IMG/VR virus record: IMGVR_UViG_3300018080_000098
Location: 124,001-188,000 of that record
Strand: one strand, 5' to 3'
DNA length: 64,000 nt
Shown: piece after piece, positions 47,946-56,212 of the stretch
How positions within the stretch are numbered: the stretch's first letter is position 1
Layout: every line of letters begins with the position of its first letter
Translations under genes and position numbers: made by a program
The notes under the pieces: model-generated
The model's database searches: none
The model's input: only the letters and a program-made list of their open reading frames with translations
Told to the model about the DNA's origin: nothing

Positions 47946-48569
47946 ATGCCGAGGAAGAAAGCCCAGCAAGTAACATTGGTAGGAGTTCGCGGAGCCAAGC
48001 TGCCTGTCTCCGAGTGTCTGTTGGTAAGCGAGGACGCTGACAGCTACGTGGTACAGGCGGTCCGGAAGACACGCGGGCGTGCAGCGAACAAGCTCGCCAC
48101 GTACGTGCTGCCGAAGTCGATGGTGCAGTACTATTATTCGGAGGAGGACATCGAGGGTGACGTTGACGGTGTCCCCGTGGCGGCTGCGAAGGCTGCTCCT
48201 CGCGCGGCAGCCAAGAAACCCGCAGCGAAAAAGAAGGTGGCGAAGAAACCCGCAGCGAAAAAGAAGGTGGCGAAGAAGGCCGCTGCTCCGAAGAAGCGTG
48301 GTCGTCCGAAGGGCAGCAAGAACAAGCCCAAGGAAGGTGCTGCTGCTCCGAAGAAGCGTGGTCGGCCTAAGGGCTCGAAGAACAAGTCCAAGGAAGGTGC
48401 TGCTGCTCCGAAGAAGCGTGGTCGTCCGAAGGGCAGCAAGAACAAGCCCAAGGAAGGTGCTGCTGCTCCGAAGAAGCGTGGTCGGCCTAAGGGCTCGAAG
48501 AACAAGTCCAAGGATGCCGGTTCGGCCAAAGCGAATAAAGCTGCATCACTTTTCGATGAGAGCTTCTAG
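47946..48569 (+). CDS. Histone H1-like / HMGA-like DNA-binding protein with four AT-hooks
   Basis: AAKKPAAKKKVAKK repeats followed by 4 x PKKRGRPKGSKNK. Confidence 0.85.
   Translation: MPRKKAQQVTLVGVRGAKLPVSECLLVSEDADSYVVQAVRKTRGRAANKLATYVLPKSMVQYYYSEEDIEGDVDGVPVAAAKAAPRAAAKKPAAKKKVAKKPAAKKKVAKKAAAPKKRGRPKGSKNKPKEGAAAPKKRGRPKGSKNKSKEGAAAPKKRGRPKGSKNKPKEGAAAPKKRGRPKGSKNKSKDAGSAKANKAASLFDESF
48213..48513 (+). repeat. In-frame tandem repeats: 2 x 30 bp, then 4 x ~60 bp (ABAB, a 120-bp duplication)
   Basis: AAGAAACCCGCAGCGAAAAAGAAGGTGGCG at 48213 and 48243; the 60-nt lines starting 48301 and 48421 are identical. Confidence 0.95.
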
Positions 48570-48684
48570 TAGCTTAGCAGTGTAGCTACCCCTCCATTAC
48601 CCCTCAAAATTACCCCAATATTACCGTTGCGCCGACATTACGTCGGCCATCCTCTACGTCAATTTGCTGTATTGGGGAAGTCCC

Positions 48685-49539
48685 ATGCCCACAAAAAAAG
48701 TGCGCCACGATTGCGCCTCTTACGAAGTTTGTCAAGACCTCCGAAACCTACTTTTAAAGTTTAAAGTACCTAAAGGAGAGCTGACCGAGCTGTGTGACAC
48801 CTCAGATGCTACGTGGCCCTGCAGTGCAATGCTACACTATGTGCGACAGCTCTATGATAATATCTCTCCCTCTAACGCTACGGAGGTACTAGAGTTCATC
48901 ACACCCCTGTTTGCAAAACGCGAACAACTTGTTAGCAGCCGCTTCGATCAACATTCGGGAGATGCCCCTTTTCACTGCCCCGAGCTCGATGTAGACATGT
49001 ACCAGCCGTGCCTGACCACTTCGTGCGCGTTCCACACCGCAGACCCGTGGGCACTCAACTGCATCCTGTTCTACCGGTTACGCTACGAGCGCGACACACT
49101 CAATCTGAACGAGCTCTCCTTCTTACTTAATAAGGAAGTTGGGGTGCTGCGGTCCATCCTCAATCGCACCTTTCGACAACTAAGCCAGGGAGCACTCAAG
49201 GAAACCATCGCTCGGGATGGGGACAGTGAGCTCGTTCTGCGGGTGCACTCAGATAATGTGTGCGTAGTGTGTGAGCATAAAATAGAGGCTCGCCGCAAGA
49301 CTATTACCAAATCTGGCTTCACCTATTGTAGTAAAGGGTGCGCAACGTACAAACCTCCCCAGGTTATCCGGATGGAGCAGGAATTCGAGCTACCTATTGA
49401 ACGGGTGCTGGACCTGTGTGTGCAGCGCTTTTCCAGTGTGAAAAACATGTGCGCCGCGTTGGGGGTTGGGCCTTCCGTGTTCTCGAATTGGTGTGATCGC
49501 TATTCTGTTATAATCCCTCCCGCCAAGATTTCTAAGTAG
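48685..49539 (+). CDS. Cys-rich protein with HTH-like segments, putative transcription factor
   Basis: CLTTSC, CVVC...YCSKGC; TLNLNELSFLLNKEVGVLRSILNRTFRQL resembles a sigma region-4 HTH. Confidence 0.65.
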   Translation: MPTKKVRHDCASYEVCQDLRNLLLKFKVPKGELTELCDTSDATWPCSAMLHYVRQLYDNISPSNATEVLEFITPLFAKREQLVSSRFDQHSGDAPFHCPELDVDMYQPCLTTSCAFHTADPWALNCILFYRLRYERDTLNLNELSFLLNKEVGVLRSILNRTFRQLSQGALKETIARDGDSELVLRVHSDNVCVVCEHKIEARRKTITKSGFTYCSKGCATYKPPQVIRMEQEFELPIERVLDLCVQRFSSVKNMCAALGVGPSVFSNWCDRYSVIIPPAKISK

Positions 49540-49710
49540 CCTACAATCTTTTCTCCCCCTCCGCCATTATCTTCCACCGTTTGAAGGTTAATATCTATAC
49601 GTAGTTGCGGCTCAAGCCACAAGGTTGCCTTCGTGTGTTCGTTGCTTCTTGTGCCTTGCCGTTCGGATTCTCACGGATAAACCCAGGTGGTTAAGTAGGA
49701 GAAACAACAG

Positions 49711-50496
49711 ATGTCGGATTACAAAAATGACATTGCTGCTCGACTCAGCGAGCGCCTGCAGCAGCGAGTAGCCAGCACACGCAGTGGGCGCTTCGACCTG
49801 AAGCTGGCTGACTACGCCATCACGAGCCCCCACGAGGCACGTGTTATGGTGGCTTTCACTTCGGAAATGGGGCAGCCGAAACGCTCCGAGCTCGACCAGT
49901 GGGTCACGTCGTCCTTCAACGGAAACGTGAGCCTCACACTCGAGACTCTGCGTCTGTACCCGGACCTCAACGTCGTTACTGCATTCGTGCGTAAGAACCG
50001 TCGGTATCGTCCGCTCGAGGACACCAAGAAGTACCGCATGGCTTCTGTAGGCAAGAACCAGTACATGGACGACGAGAAGGTCATCTGGGAAGTCATGAGC
50101 AACGGGGACGAGCGCTTCCTAGCCCGCGCTGAAAAGGACGACCTCGAGGAAATCATGCGCGTACGCCTCTCCCGCGAGCGCACTGCTTCCATGCATCACC
50201 GGTTGCGCCTGTCCGACATCGTGACCGCTGGTATCAATAGCCTCGAGTCCGGTGACCGCGTGTCCTTCTCTTATGAGGGCATCCTTCAGCAGGGCGAAGT
50301 GAGCAACGTCGGCAAGGATACAGTCACCATCAAGGCCAACGGTAAGTCTGTCACCGTGGACCGCCTCGCAGTGGTCGACGTGACCGAGAAGGCTCCGAAA
50401 GCTCAGGCTGAGCAGAAGCGGTTCTTGGAGGACTTCTTCACCCGCGCTTACGGTGACAAGGCGTTCGCCAAGGAACTCGTATCCAAGGGTGACTAG
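49711..50496 (+). CDS. Hypothetical, possibly head-associated protein
   Basis: 261-aa ORF with AGGAG SD; heads the motif-protein array. Confidence 0.75.
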   Translation: MSDYKNDIAARLSERLQQRVASTRSGRFDLKLADYAITSPHEARVMVAFTSEMGQPKRSELDQWVTSSFNGNVSLTLETLRLYPDLNVVTAFVRKNRRYRPLEDTKKYRMASVGKNQYMDDEKVIWEVMSNGDERFLARAEKDDLEEIMRVRLSRERTASMHHRLRLSDIVTAGINSLESGDRVSFSYEGILQQGEVSNVGKDTVTIKANGKSVTVDRLAVVDVTEKAPKAQAEQKRFLEDFFTRAYGDKAFAKELVSKGD

Positions 50497-50509
50497 AGGG
50501 AGACTTCTC

Positions 50510-50938
50510 ATGAGCGCCCCTTCGCACATCAAGTACAAAGGCGCTACGTATCGCCGTCGCTGCCGGGTGGCCGTATGGGAACCCTCTAAAGGTGAGAAGA
50601 ATTTCAGCGCAGCTTCTTTGCTGGAAGCTTTTCCAGACCTTTCCGAAGGGGTAGTCAACCAGCTTGCCGAAGATGCTAAAGGTGTCTACGGTAAGAACGC
50701 CTCAGCTTTCTTGGAAAAGGCCGATACCGCTATCGGCGGTTTCGGTGTAGAAGCTGTTCGTTCTGAAGGTGCGTGGGATTCCTACTACGGTGACGTCGTT
50801 GCCGAATATGTAAATACTGGCGATACGTACAACGCAACCCTTCTCCACGACATCGAAGATGATGAGATCTACTTGACGACATATGGAGATTGGGTTCAGG
50901 CCTGGGAATACGAGAAGGAAAAAGAGGACAATCAATGA
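50510..50938 (+). CDS. YxG-motif protein 1
   Basis: N-terminal HIKYKGATYRR. Confidence 0.75.
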   Translation: MSAPSHIKYKGATYRRRCRVAVWEPSKGEKNFSAASLLEAFPDLSEGVVNQLAEDAKGVYGKNASAFLEKADTAIGGFGVEAVRSEGAWDSYYGDVVAEYVNTGDTYNATLLHDIEDDEIYLTTYGDWVQAWEYEKEKEDNQ

Positions 50939-51645
50939 CCACTCCCAAGTACATCCGTGTAGCTGGGCAGCTTTACCGTCAGCGTGAAGAGGAAATTCCT
51001 GCGTTCGTCAAGCACGACGGCTGGATCTACAAGCTCGCACAGACGGGAGCAGAGAACGTCGCTGCTATCGACGCACTTACCAAGCTGTCAAACCTGGCGA
51101 AGAAAATGGCCGACAGCGTAAAGGACCAGCAGATCTCCAAATTGCTTCAACAGGCTTACGGAGAGCTCGGTGTCCTCGCTACCAAGCTGGCCAAAGGTGA
51201 CTTCGAGGCGAAGTCCGCTGCGTTGAAAAACTGGGAAGACCTCAAAAAGGGCCTTTCCCAGTTCGCCCAACAGCTCGAAAAAGCGCAGCTGTCCAAACTC
51301 AGCAGTGCACTCACCAAGATGCTACAGGACAGCGATACCGCCCTTTCCGAACTCCAGAAAGCCGAAGGACTCGGCGCCGAGTTCGGTACCCCGGGTGGCG
51401 TCACTCCTTCTGGTAAGCCCAGCGTCGATTGGGGAGAGCACGCGCCGAAGAAGGATGAGCCTCAGCCGCTGCACGCGTCTACCGTGCCGGGCTTTTTCAC
51501 ACACAAGGGTGAGCAGTACCGTCCTCTCCTCCCGATTACCAAGGAAGCCGTTGCCTGGGCGACGTCTACCGATCCGAACGTGATCGCGGAGCGAAAGACG
51601 TTCCCACCCCTCGTGGTGCACCTGCTCGCGTCCGGTGTAGCGTAG
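50935..51645 (+). CDS. YxG-motif protein 2 (3 copies)
   Basis: PKYIRVAGQLYRQ, PAFVKHDGWIYKL, PGFFTHKGEQYRP. Confidence 0.75.
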   Translation: MTTPKYIRVAGQLYRQREEEIPAFVKHDGWIYKLAQTGAENVAAIDALTKLSNLAKKMADSVKDQQISKLLQQAYGELGVLATKLAKGDFEAKSAALKNWEDLKKGLSQFAQQLEKAQLSKLSSALTKMLQDSDTALSELQKAEGLGAEFGTPGGVTPSGKPSVDWGEHAPKKDEPQPLHASTVPGFFTHKGEQYRPLLPITKEAVAWATSTDPNVIAERKTFPPLVVHLLASGVA

Positions 51646-51654
51646 GCCCAGGTC

Positions 51655-52458
51655 ATGGCCAAGCACGGCCCAGACTTCTACAACGTTACCATCACGGCTG
51701 TCCGCAACTACGAACCCGGTAAGGGACCGCCGAGGAAGGCACAGTTTTGGAACTTCTCCCAGGCTGTGCAATCCAACAGCGGGCCATCGGGAGCCCTCGC
51801 CGCGATGGTGGACAAGTTTTTCAGGTACTACCCCAACCATGCTGTCGTCCTCCCTGATGGAGAACGTGGTCAAAAAATTCTCACGTGTGAAAACCGTTCC
51901 GGGGTAGAGAGCTACTTGTCCGGAAGAACTACGCGTTCTCATGGCGACATAATGCTTGAGAGCGCAGATTCTACACTACTCATTAAGAAGATGCGCGCTC
52001 TCTCCGGAGAAACCCCTATAGGTCTCACGCCCAAGAGCGAAAAAGAGTACGACGACGCGCTGCAGGGTAACATGGAATCCTATAAGTGGTGGCAGGACCC
52101 AATCGTGCAGATGCCCGCCCCCATCTACGTTTTAGATAAAGCAGCCGAGTCCGAAGATGCTCCCGGTACCATTCGGTACAAAGGGCGCCTCTACAGACGG
52201 GCAGCTGCAACTTCTTTGGCAGACCTCCCGCCCGAGAAGGCTAAAGCACTTTTCTTTGGCATCATGGAGAAGGTGACAGAAGGGATAACCACCGTTCATC
52301 AGCTCCTCGTGGACGCTGGGGAACAGCTGCAAACGGAAGAGGGAGACGCTACTCCTCTCCTCGCAGATGCTGCCAAACGAACATACAAAGAAGTACTCCC
52401 GCTCATCCTGGACGCTCGAGATATCGCGCATTCTTTAAAGGAGCTTCCCAGTGAGTAG
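51655..52458 (+). CDS. YxG-motif protein 3 (internal copy)
   Basis: PGTIRYKGRLYRR. Confidence 0.75.
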   Translation: MAKHGPDFYNVTITAVRNYEPGKGPPRKAQFWNFSQAVQSNSGPSGALAAMVDKFFRYYPNHAVVLPDGERGQKILTCENRSGVESYLSGRTTRSHGDIMLESADSTLLIKKMRALSGETPIGLTPKSEKEYDDALQGNMESYKWWQDPIVQMPAPIYVLDKAAESEDAPGTIRYKGRLYRRAAATSLADLPPEKAKALFFGIMEKVTEGITTVHQLLVDAGEQLQTEEGDATPLLADAAKRTYKEVLPLILDARDIAHSLKELPSE

Positions 52459-52960
52459 GCAGCTCCTCAGATACCGCGGCGTCCTCTACAAAAGAGTAGA
52501 GGCCACCCAACATCCGGTCAGCGGAGATGAGTTGAAGTCGTTGGCCACGGAGCTTGAGGTTGCACAAACTCATCTTGCAGAAGTGATCGCAGACGCTGAA
52601 AAAGTCACCAACGATGCGAAGAAGCTTCAAAAATCTCTCGCTACCGGAGCTCACGAGGTGCTACGGTCTCTTCGTAGTGACGGAGAGGTAGACCCCAGCG
52701 AGGTTCGGTTGCTCACTCCGGAAGGACGGCAAGAAGGGTATATGAATCCTCTCCGTTCCATGGAGAAGGCCAACCGGATGCTCAACTACACCGTGGACGC
52801 TGCCATCGCTGCTATCAAGACCAGCATCGAGCAGGTCGATACGATGGTAGATGAGTGGCACGCCGCTCTCGATGAAATGAATTCACCTAACACGTCCCGC
52901 GAGCTCACCGCTCCCATGGTGATGACTGATAGTCCCGCGGACGACGTGCCAACGCTTTGA
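52451..52960 (+). CDS. YxG-motif protein 4
   Basis: N-terminal LLRYRGVLYKR. Confidence 0.7.
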   Translation: MSRQLLRYRGVLYKRVEATQHPVSGDELKSLATELEVAQTHLAEVIADAEKVTNDAKKLQKSLATGAHEVLRSLRSDGEVDPSEVRLLTPEGRQEGYMNPLRSMEKANRMLNYTVDAAIAAIKTSIEQVDTMVDEWHAALDEMNSPNTSRELTAPMVMTDSPADDVPTL

Positions 52961-52968
52961 GGTTGCCT

Positions 52969-53427
52969 ATGCGCCCTACTAGAACACTCACAGATCCACT
53001 CAACATGGACCTCGAGGCCCGCCTGCGCCAGCGGTTCGCAGAGTTCCCTCGACAGGCTGCAGAACCAGAGCTCGAGGCAACAGAAGGGGACCCGGTTCCA
53101 GTAGAGCAGCCTCTTCCAGTAGCAGAAGATGGCATTTCTTCCGAAGAGCTCGCCATCCAACAGCTTCGCCCACTCTACGAGAACCTGTTGCGCGCTCGTC
53201 GTCAGCTGAACAGCCTCTCTGGAGAGCTCACTCGAAGGAAGCTCACCGATTCCCAGTTCAAAGATCTAGGCATCGTAGAAGACTGGCTCGGTGTCACCAA
53301 GAGCATCGCACGCCAGTACGGCGAAGCGCTCATTCAGATGGAACAGATTCTCGAGCAGCTCATTGAAGGCGTCATCGCGTATCGAGCCAAGTTCAACAAG
53401 GATCCCAGTTTCCTCGAAGGCGAGTAG
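52969..53427 (+). CDS. Hypothetical helical protein
   Basis: In-operon ORF; start uncertain; no motif copy. Confidence 0.65.
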   Translation: MRPTRTLTDPLNMDLEARLRQRFAEFPRQAAEPELEATEGDPVPVEQPLPVAEDGISSEELAIQQLRPLYENLLRARRQLNSLSGELTRRKLTDSQFKDLGIVEDWLGVTKSIARQYGEALIQMEQILEQLIEGVIAYRAKFNKDPSFLEGE

Positions 53428-53431
53428 CACC

Positions 53432-53749
53432 ATGGACGTTGGGTTTCGTAACGGACAGGGTTACTACGATCGCGAGCAGCGTCGCACCGATTGGATCACA
53501 GCCTACGACAAAGATACCCTCGAAAAAGTAGGCACCGTCCTGTTCCGCGTTCACGGAAACAAATGCTACGTGCAAGACGTTTTCGTGTTCCCAAATTTTC
53601 GTAGACAAGGATTCGCTACTCGCCTTGTACAAGCGATGATCTCCAACACCAAGCTCCCCTACCAACAACTTCGGTGGGGAATCAAATCGGATGATGGAGT
53701 GGCATTGAAACGAGCTCTAGACCGCCGATTCGGGAAAGGAGACCAATGA
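53432..53749 (+). CDS. GNAT-family acetyltransferase
   Basis: YVQDVFVFPNFRRQGFATRLV contains the acetyl-CoA-binding motif A (RxxGxA). Confidence 0.8.
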   Translation: MDVGFRNGQGYYDREQRRTDWITAYDKDTLEKVGTVLFRVHGNKCYVQDVFVFPNFRRQGFATRLVQAMISNTKLPYQQLRWGIKSDDGVALKRALDRRFGKGDQ

Positions 53750-53976
53750 GCCGAGTGAGAGTAAGACGATGCCGGGCAAACTCCGGGAGCCCCATCCGCT
53801 ACGTCAACTACGGTTACGGCCCCGCTGCCACACCAGGCAGACCGTCTCCAGGACGAATCGTGCGCGTAGCTCCCGGTCTCCCCTGGGCCAACCGAGGTGT
53901 GCGCTACCCCGTGCATCCACTCAACTACGTTGACACTTCCAGGTACTTTTTTAATCGTAATCCTGGTTACTTTTAG
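53746..53976 (+). CDS. Small Arg/Pro/Tyr-rich protein
   Basis: ATGA-coupled 76-aa ORF with AAAGGAG SD. Confidence 0.6.
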   Translation: MSRVRVRRCRANSGSPIRYVNYGYGPAATPGRPSPGRIVRVAPGLPWANRGVRYPVHPLNYVDTSRYFFNRNPGYF

Positions 53977-53984
53977 AGGTCGTT

Positions 53985-54638
53985 ATGGATCAGCACTCGC
54001 TTCTACAACAGCATCTGCAGTTCCTGCGCCGCCTCGCGGGTCCCTCGAGAGCTCGTACGGCCGCGGGTGACTTCGAGGTGTTCAGCACCCATCCATCGGT
54101 ACACATCTACCAGCGTGTGCCTACCATCAAAGCAGCCGTCGAGCTCGTGCACAAGCTCGCTCCTGAGCACCCGGATGTGATGTTGAACGTGTGGACGCCT
54201 GAGCAGAAGCACGCCTACCAGGCTATCTTCCGCGCAGACGAGGGTAGGCTCGACGTGCTCATCGGTAGCCAGTGGAGCCCTAAGGAGCTTCCGAGAGCCG
54301 CTGAAATTATTCGGTATCGGGGAGCTACGTATTACAAGGAAGGGCCCAACATGCCAAAGCCCCCAAAGAAGATCAAAGTTAATGGGCAGGTCTACGAGTT
54401 GGCAAGTGTGAAGAAGGAAGCTGCGCATTACAAACCTGTGGATACTGCTCCACCGGAAACCAAGTATCAGTTCCTGATTTCCTTGGGTCCCAAACAGTAC
54501 GTGTTTTTCTTTGATGGTGACCGACGCTTTCTCGGATGGGCTCCTTCTATGGCGCAAGGCTTGAACATTCCCGAAGATGCAGAGGTAGCAGAGACCAACT
54601 ACCAGTTAGCTTTGATCCCGGGCCAATGGACCAAGTAG
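53985..54638 (+). CDS. YxG-motif protein 5 (2 copies)
   Basis: EIIRYRGATYYK, PKKIKVNGQVYEL. Confidence 0.75.
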   Translation: MDQHSLLQQHLQFLRRLAGPSRARTAAGDFEVFSTHPSVHIYQRVPTIKAAVELVHKLAPEHPDVMLNVWTPEQKHAYQAIFRADEGRLDVLIGSQWSPKELPRAAEIIRYRGATYYKEGPNMPKPPKKIKVNGQVYELASVKKEAAHYKPVDTAPPETKYQFLISLGPKQYVFFFDGDRRFLGWAPSMAQGLNIPEDAEVAETNYQLALIPGQWTK

Positions 54639-54641
54639 CTC

Positions 54642-54669
54642 TTGACATCCAGCATCGCTCTGCTACATT
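54642..54669 (+). promoter_or_regulatory. sigma70-type promoter for the ncRNA
   Basis: TTGACA-16 nt-TACATT with a TG extension. Confidence 0.6.
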
Positions 54670-54675
54670 GTGGCC

Positions 54676-54895
54676 ATCGAAGGATTAGCTGAGTCAATGA
54701 GAACACGGAAACAGACAGCAACGTCAGTGTTGGGAGCGCGGATGCGCTGCGTCCCAGCACATCCGTGCCTCTTCGGGGCCAATTGGGAGAGTCTGTACGG
54801 CATCTCCACCGACCCCGAAGATCCGGGTGGCTAATCCGTGTAGAAGCAGAAAAGGATACACGAGAAAGCCACCCGGGAAACCAGGTGGCTTTTTT
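54676..54895 (+). ncRNA. Orphan multi-helix, pseudoknotted ncRNA (~220 nt)
   Basis: Helices 54682-89/54830-37, 54704-09/54762-67, 54727-35/54752-60, 54770-78/54813-21 and 54786-90/54803-07; pseudoknot 54711-16/54791-96; promoter and terminator flank it. Confidence 0.7.
54865..54895. terminator. Intrinsic terminator, possibly bidirectional
   Basis: AAAGCCACC/GGTGGCTTT stem with a GAAA-capped top, followed by TTTTTT. Confidence 0.8.
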
Positions 54896-55072
54896 GTTGC
54901 TCACACCCAGTGAGCCAGCGTAGATAGGTTGGGACCAGGTTGTAGGTAGGCTGGTTTGCGGGTGAGACGTAGACCCAGATTCTGGATTCGTCTGGACCTG
55001 TGGGACGTCAAGAGAGGGTGAGCAGATTCATACGGCAGCCTTCTTGCCAACCGAAAGGCTGCAGTCCCTCCG

Positions 55073-55126
55073 AGGGTGGGGCGGCGACGGCGTTCGCTGT
55101 TGGAGCGCCGCCCCACCCTTGTTTTT
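55073..55126 (+). other. Perfect 14-bp GC-rich hairpin followed by TGTTTTT (terminator-like)
   Basis: AGGGTGGGGCGGCG 55073-86 / CGCCGCCCCACCCT 55106-19. Confidence 0.6.
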
Positions 55127-55435
55127 CTACTCGTCTTTTAGCGCTGCCAGAAGTGCTTCGAGGCGACTTGGTAGGGTGGGCACCACGCTGGATAGGTAGG
55201 ATTTGTCACCTGCTGCCAAAGCTGTCGCTGTCATCACAAGCTTCTCCATGAGCTCAGCCATAGCGTACTCAGGTGAACTCGTTTCTCCTGCTTTGTGCAG
55301 TCCATTGAGAAGGTTCGAAATCTCGCGATGGGCTGTTCCTAGTGATTTGTCTATCTGCCGCAGCTTCGCGGAAAAGTCTTCATCCGCTTTGCGGTACAGA
55401 TGTCCCCCAACTTTGATGTAGGCAGGAATTTTCAT
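55127..55435 (-). CDS. YxG-motif protein 6
   Basis: MKIPAYIKVGGHLYRKAD. Confidence 0.7.
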   Translation of the reverse strand: MKIPAYIKVGGHLYRKADEDFSAKLRQIDKSLGTAHREISNLLNGLHKAGETSSPEYAMAELMEKLVMTATALAAGDKSYLSSVVPTLPSRLEALLAALKDE

Positions 55436-55439
55436 GCGC

Positions 55440-55796
55440 CTAGTCGTCGAGCTCGTACAGTGCGCCCCGAAAGCGGATCTGCTTCGGCGCAGCTTCCACC
55501 TTCCTATAGACGTGACCACCGACCTTGATGCGGTCCGGTACCACACCCGCTTCCTTCTTGCCCTTGCCAGCTTCCTGGCCCTTCTCGGCCAGCAGGTCCA
55601 TCGTCTTCTCGACGGTGTTCTCCGGACCCTTCACCTCGGTGAGGTTCGGTGTCTGAAGACTCTTCTCCCAATCCTTGATTTCACTGGTAGGAACCTTCTC
55701 TTCCGGTCCACCCTCGTTGGGAATTTCCACTTCGGGAGAGTCGCCCAGGTTGCCCTGCAGGTTGTTGTCCACTTCTAGTTTCTTCTCGTCTGCCAT
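55440..55796 (-). CDS. YxG-motif protein 7 (2 C-terminal copies)
   Basis: PDRIKVGGHVYRKV, PKQIRFRGALYEL. Confidence 0.75.
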   Translation of the reverse strand: MADEKKLEVDNNLQGNLGDSPEVEIPNEGGPEEKVPTSEIKDWEKSLQTPNLTEVKGPENTVEKTMDLLAEKGQEAGKGKKEAGVVPDRIKVGGHVYRKVEAAPKQIRFRGALYELDD

Positions 55797-55845
55797 GACT
55801 TCTTCCTTTGCGTTTTCAAAAGTCGTGTGAAATATTTCTCAGCAG

Positions 55846-56193
55846 CTAACCGCCGCCGTTGCCTCCACCGTTTCCGCCACCACCCCCATCCCCACCAGCT
55901 CCTGCGCCACCATCACCACCTAGAGCTCCAGCGTAATCGCCTTCACCGATATCCGGATTCACTCCAGTCTCAATTTGACTGGGGTGCTTGACCTTCTTTT
56001 CCGCCTTCTCCCGCGGGAGTGAGTAGATGTCCTTGCTCTGCTTGATGGCGTCCTGGACCTTCTTGTTCTCGCCCTTCTCGCGAGGCTGCTCGTCGCTGAT
56101 AGGTACGGCGACGGCGCCGTAGTCACCTTCGCGCAGGATGTACGTGGCTCCCTTGTAAATCAATTTTTTGGTCGGTTTGTTTTTACGCACCAT
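55846..56193 (-). CDS. YxG-motif protein 8 with Gly-rich tail
   Basis: KKLIYKGATYILR; C-terminal poly-Gly. Confidence 0.7.
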   Translation of the reverse strand: MVRKNKPTKKLIYKGATYILREGDYGAVAVPISDEQPREKGENKKVQDAIKQSKDIYSLPREKAEKKVKHPSQIETGVNPDIGEGDYAGALGGDGGAGAGGDGGGGGNGGGNGGG

Positions 56194-56212
56194 GCTGAAC
56201 CTTCTTTGCAGA

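Noticed and set aside
54676-54895. Identifying the ncRNA as tmRNA, SRP RNA, RNase P RNA or a group I intron
   Set aside because: No tRNA-like ends or tag ORF, no SRP domain IV motif, no RNase P P4 motif, and no interrupted host gene.
54901-55116. 71-aa minus-strand ORF (and 55000..55251) in the structured region
   Set aside because: No SD, no motif, and it crosses strong hairpins; a non-coding reading is simpler.
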